A program made the position numbers and the translations under genes. DNA of 64,000 bases from Takakia lepidozioides (taxonomy: Eukaryota; Plantae; Bryophyta), in the NCBI GenBank assembly GCA_030704615.1, contig CM060732.1, positions 78,864,001 through 78,928,000 on the forward strand, given 5' to 3'. A model generated the notes under the pieces. The model saw nothing but the letters and a program-made list of their open reading frames with translations. It made no database searches and was not told where the DNA came from. Below are positions 61,501-64,000 of the stretch, in pieces. The stretch's first letter is position 1. Each line of letters begins with the position of its first letter.

Positions 61501-64000
61501 GAAAATCCTGTAGGCTGTACTGCCTCTTCTTTTTCTTCTTCTACCTCCCGTGCCCCGTTGCTTGACAGATCGTCCAGGTATTGTTCGCTGTCATGCAGCA
61601 GTCTCAGCGTAGAGGCCTATTGTATCCCGCTGATTTCCACCTGATTTTGTCCCTCTGGAAATCCGCTGTGTTCCCGAGTCCCTTTCCCTTGTCTCTGCAA
61701 TTCAGATATTGATAAAATCATCTGGCATTGTTAGTTGTAATACAGTAAAGGCCCGATGCATCTTGTGTCGTAATCCCTTGTTTTTCTCCTCTTCTTGGAG
61801 CCATCTGCTCTTTTACGTTGTCCCACCTACATTACAATCCATATGTCACGTCAAACACTTGAGGCATTGTGAAGATGCTCCATTTTCAACAATTGTGCTC
61901 CTAACGCACGCACTCTGCGAAATCAGGCATTTCCCCATTCTTCACACTTTCTCTGCCCTGAGACTTCTTCCCCGTCCAGATTAAGCTAGCAACAAGTCGC
62001 ATTGCCACATGATGATGAACGTGTGTTCAGTACAGAGACGTGTTCACCTTGCTAGGGCCATTCACGCTGTTTCTCGGTTAATCTATTCATCCAAACCTGC
62101 AGTGCCTTCTTCATGTGTTCTCTCTCTTTTCAGCCCTGCCACCTGTTGTGCATGATGTGAAGTAATTTCGAAATTTCCTCTGGCGGTTTACTGACCTGGA
62201 ATTATTTTCAAGCGGCCGAGGTCCCTCCGTCAAATGGTATCACAATGTAGTTAATTCATTGAAGGCGAGATCAAGCGAAAGAGGTCCGGCATTCACATTA
62301 TCAGCATAAACGCGACCTATTGAGTTGATCGTAGCATTGCATTTCGTGCAATGAGCGGGGGGGATGTTTGCCAATTTGATCTGCAATTCTCCGTCAAACT
62401 CTCCCTCATTGCTTCACGACACGCAGACTCAGGTTCCATGCATATACCTCGTTTATTACACGAATATACATCAGAGTTGTGTGTTGTATCTGCTTGAGAC
62501 AGGATTGGGGACGGGAAGAAGCGATTATCATTAAAGGATGGAGAGGGGAACTTAGGAAATTGAAAGATTAGGCAGCATATTTTGGTGAGCTCATCCAGTG
62601 GGGTTATGGGGCACTACATTTGACATACTGGTACCCAATCCTCTGAGAAACATCTAAACTTCCCACCAATTGTATTCTTAGTTTGATATCTGGATTCTTT
62701 TCCGACATTCAGATCATACTCTCCCTTGTGCCAGCTTAGTTAGGACATTTTGAGCTAATTAGTTAAAAACTTTAATTGGTATCTTTTCCACATATATCAA
62801 GAATGGTGTAGAGATTTCTGTGCTTCAAAGAGACCGCAGACATCGAGGTAGTAATCGCTGTCACTGCGATACCTTCGCGCATTGATGGCGCGCACAACTT
62901 TGCGAAGTCTATTGAAGGGTGTTCTTCTCTTGTCCAACCTTGAACGTGAAGGAAGATCAACTGCATTTAATTGCTGGCTCGAAGCCTTTTACCTGAGTGG
63001 TAATCCGCCTGGATTGGAGGCTTGACTAGTTGATAATATGCATTCTTAGAGAACTAATTCCTATCTAATTACTGATCATATCCCTCCTTGAGCCAGTAGA
63101 TAAGAGTACATATTGCTCAAAATCAAGCATGCACCTATGGAACTGATGGTACTCTGCTGACTTCTCTTAGGGTAGAAAGTAGTGAGCACAGGAGTAGTGT
63201 ACATGAAAATGAATCTGCTGAAACGAGTTGAAAAATGTGCCAAACCCAGTTAGAGACTGGTGGCAGTGGTAGTCATCTTCATAATTTTCTCAGATTAGAA
63301 CCAGCTCTGCAGCAAGGAGGGTGACATGAACACCCATCCTTTCATAGTTTGGACAAATGTTCTGAAGCAGAGTTTCTTATATTATCATGTCTCACCCTCC
63401 TTTATAACCAATACAGGCCTACACTCATGGCTGCGCATCAATACCTCAGCAAGCTTGTCTGTGACAATTGTGGAGCTACCTACACTGGATATGACCAATT
63501 AATCAGTCTTACTTGATCCATGAGTGTGTGCAAGCCTTTGGCAGCTTGGTTGAGGCTACCTGGGATGTTTGACAACCGTGATCATGAATCTCATATATGC
63601 TTCATTTCAGTGGTTGTGTTAAGCTGGATGGAAAGCTACTGGAAGTAGTGTGCTAGATTGAAGCTGTTATGTGTCAAATCATGATGCGGACTATTCGGCC
63701 ACCGGAATCCAAGCAAGCAACCACTTTACAGGTATTCACCTGCTTCTGTTGACTTTACCCTTGTACTGGTTGACAATTACACTTATTTGCAATTCTGGTG
63801 GGAAGGGCTTGGAGAGAGCATGTTCAGGACAAAAGACACAGCACTTTGCTGTGGGCATCTTTCATGCAACCCTGCACTAACGTTCTATGAGTGACTACCC
63901 CCATCAGTAAGCCTTGGGCATCCTCCTTGCCAGCATCTCAGAATGAAATTACTTGGAGCACTTCAGGATTCTATCTTGCTTGAAGACTCCCAAAGCAGCT

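Overview
Eukaryotic (land-plant) window with three parts. (1) 1 to ~18,495 is mitochondrial-type DNA. It holds a complete nad5 (minus strand, 4 exons) with the moss intron set nad5i230g2, nad5i753g1 and nad5i1455g2 (the last with a crippled RT-maturase), plus trnL(UAA), trnL(CAA), trnH, rrn26 and trnfM. nad5 needs very heavy C-to-U editing, including creation of its start and stop codons, which suggests a heavily editing moss such as Takakia (inference). rrn26 is split by a 600-nt group I intron at E. coli-equivalent position 2262 that carries a decayed LAGLIDADG gene. The ~5.3-kb trnH-rrn26 spacer contains a decayed tyrosine recombinase and possibly polymerase and primase remnants, like a fossil integrated plasmid or virus. 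Small GC-stem/AT-loop hairpin repeats are scattered through this DNA. (2) ~18,495-20,787 is the 5' half of a Ty3/gypsy-like LTR retroelement (LTR, tRNA-Ala-type PBS, an unexplained ~330-codon frame upstream of gag), cut inside gag by the mitochondrial block, so this is a NUMT junction or an assembly chimera. (3) ~20,800-64,000 is nuclear DNA with intron-containing genes for U1-70K, a DHHC S-acyltransferase (PAT13/14-like, with a LINE in intron 4), IWS1 and a divergent large CIP4-like low-complexity protein, plus a GNAT pseudogene and non-autonomous DNA transposons. All calls were made by eye; no searches were run.
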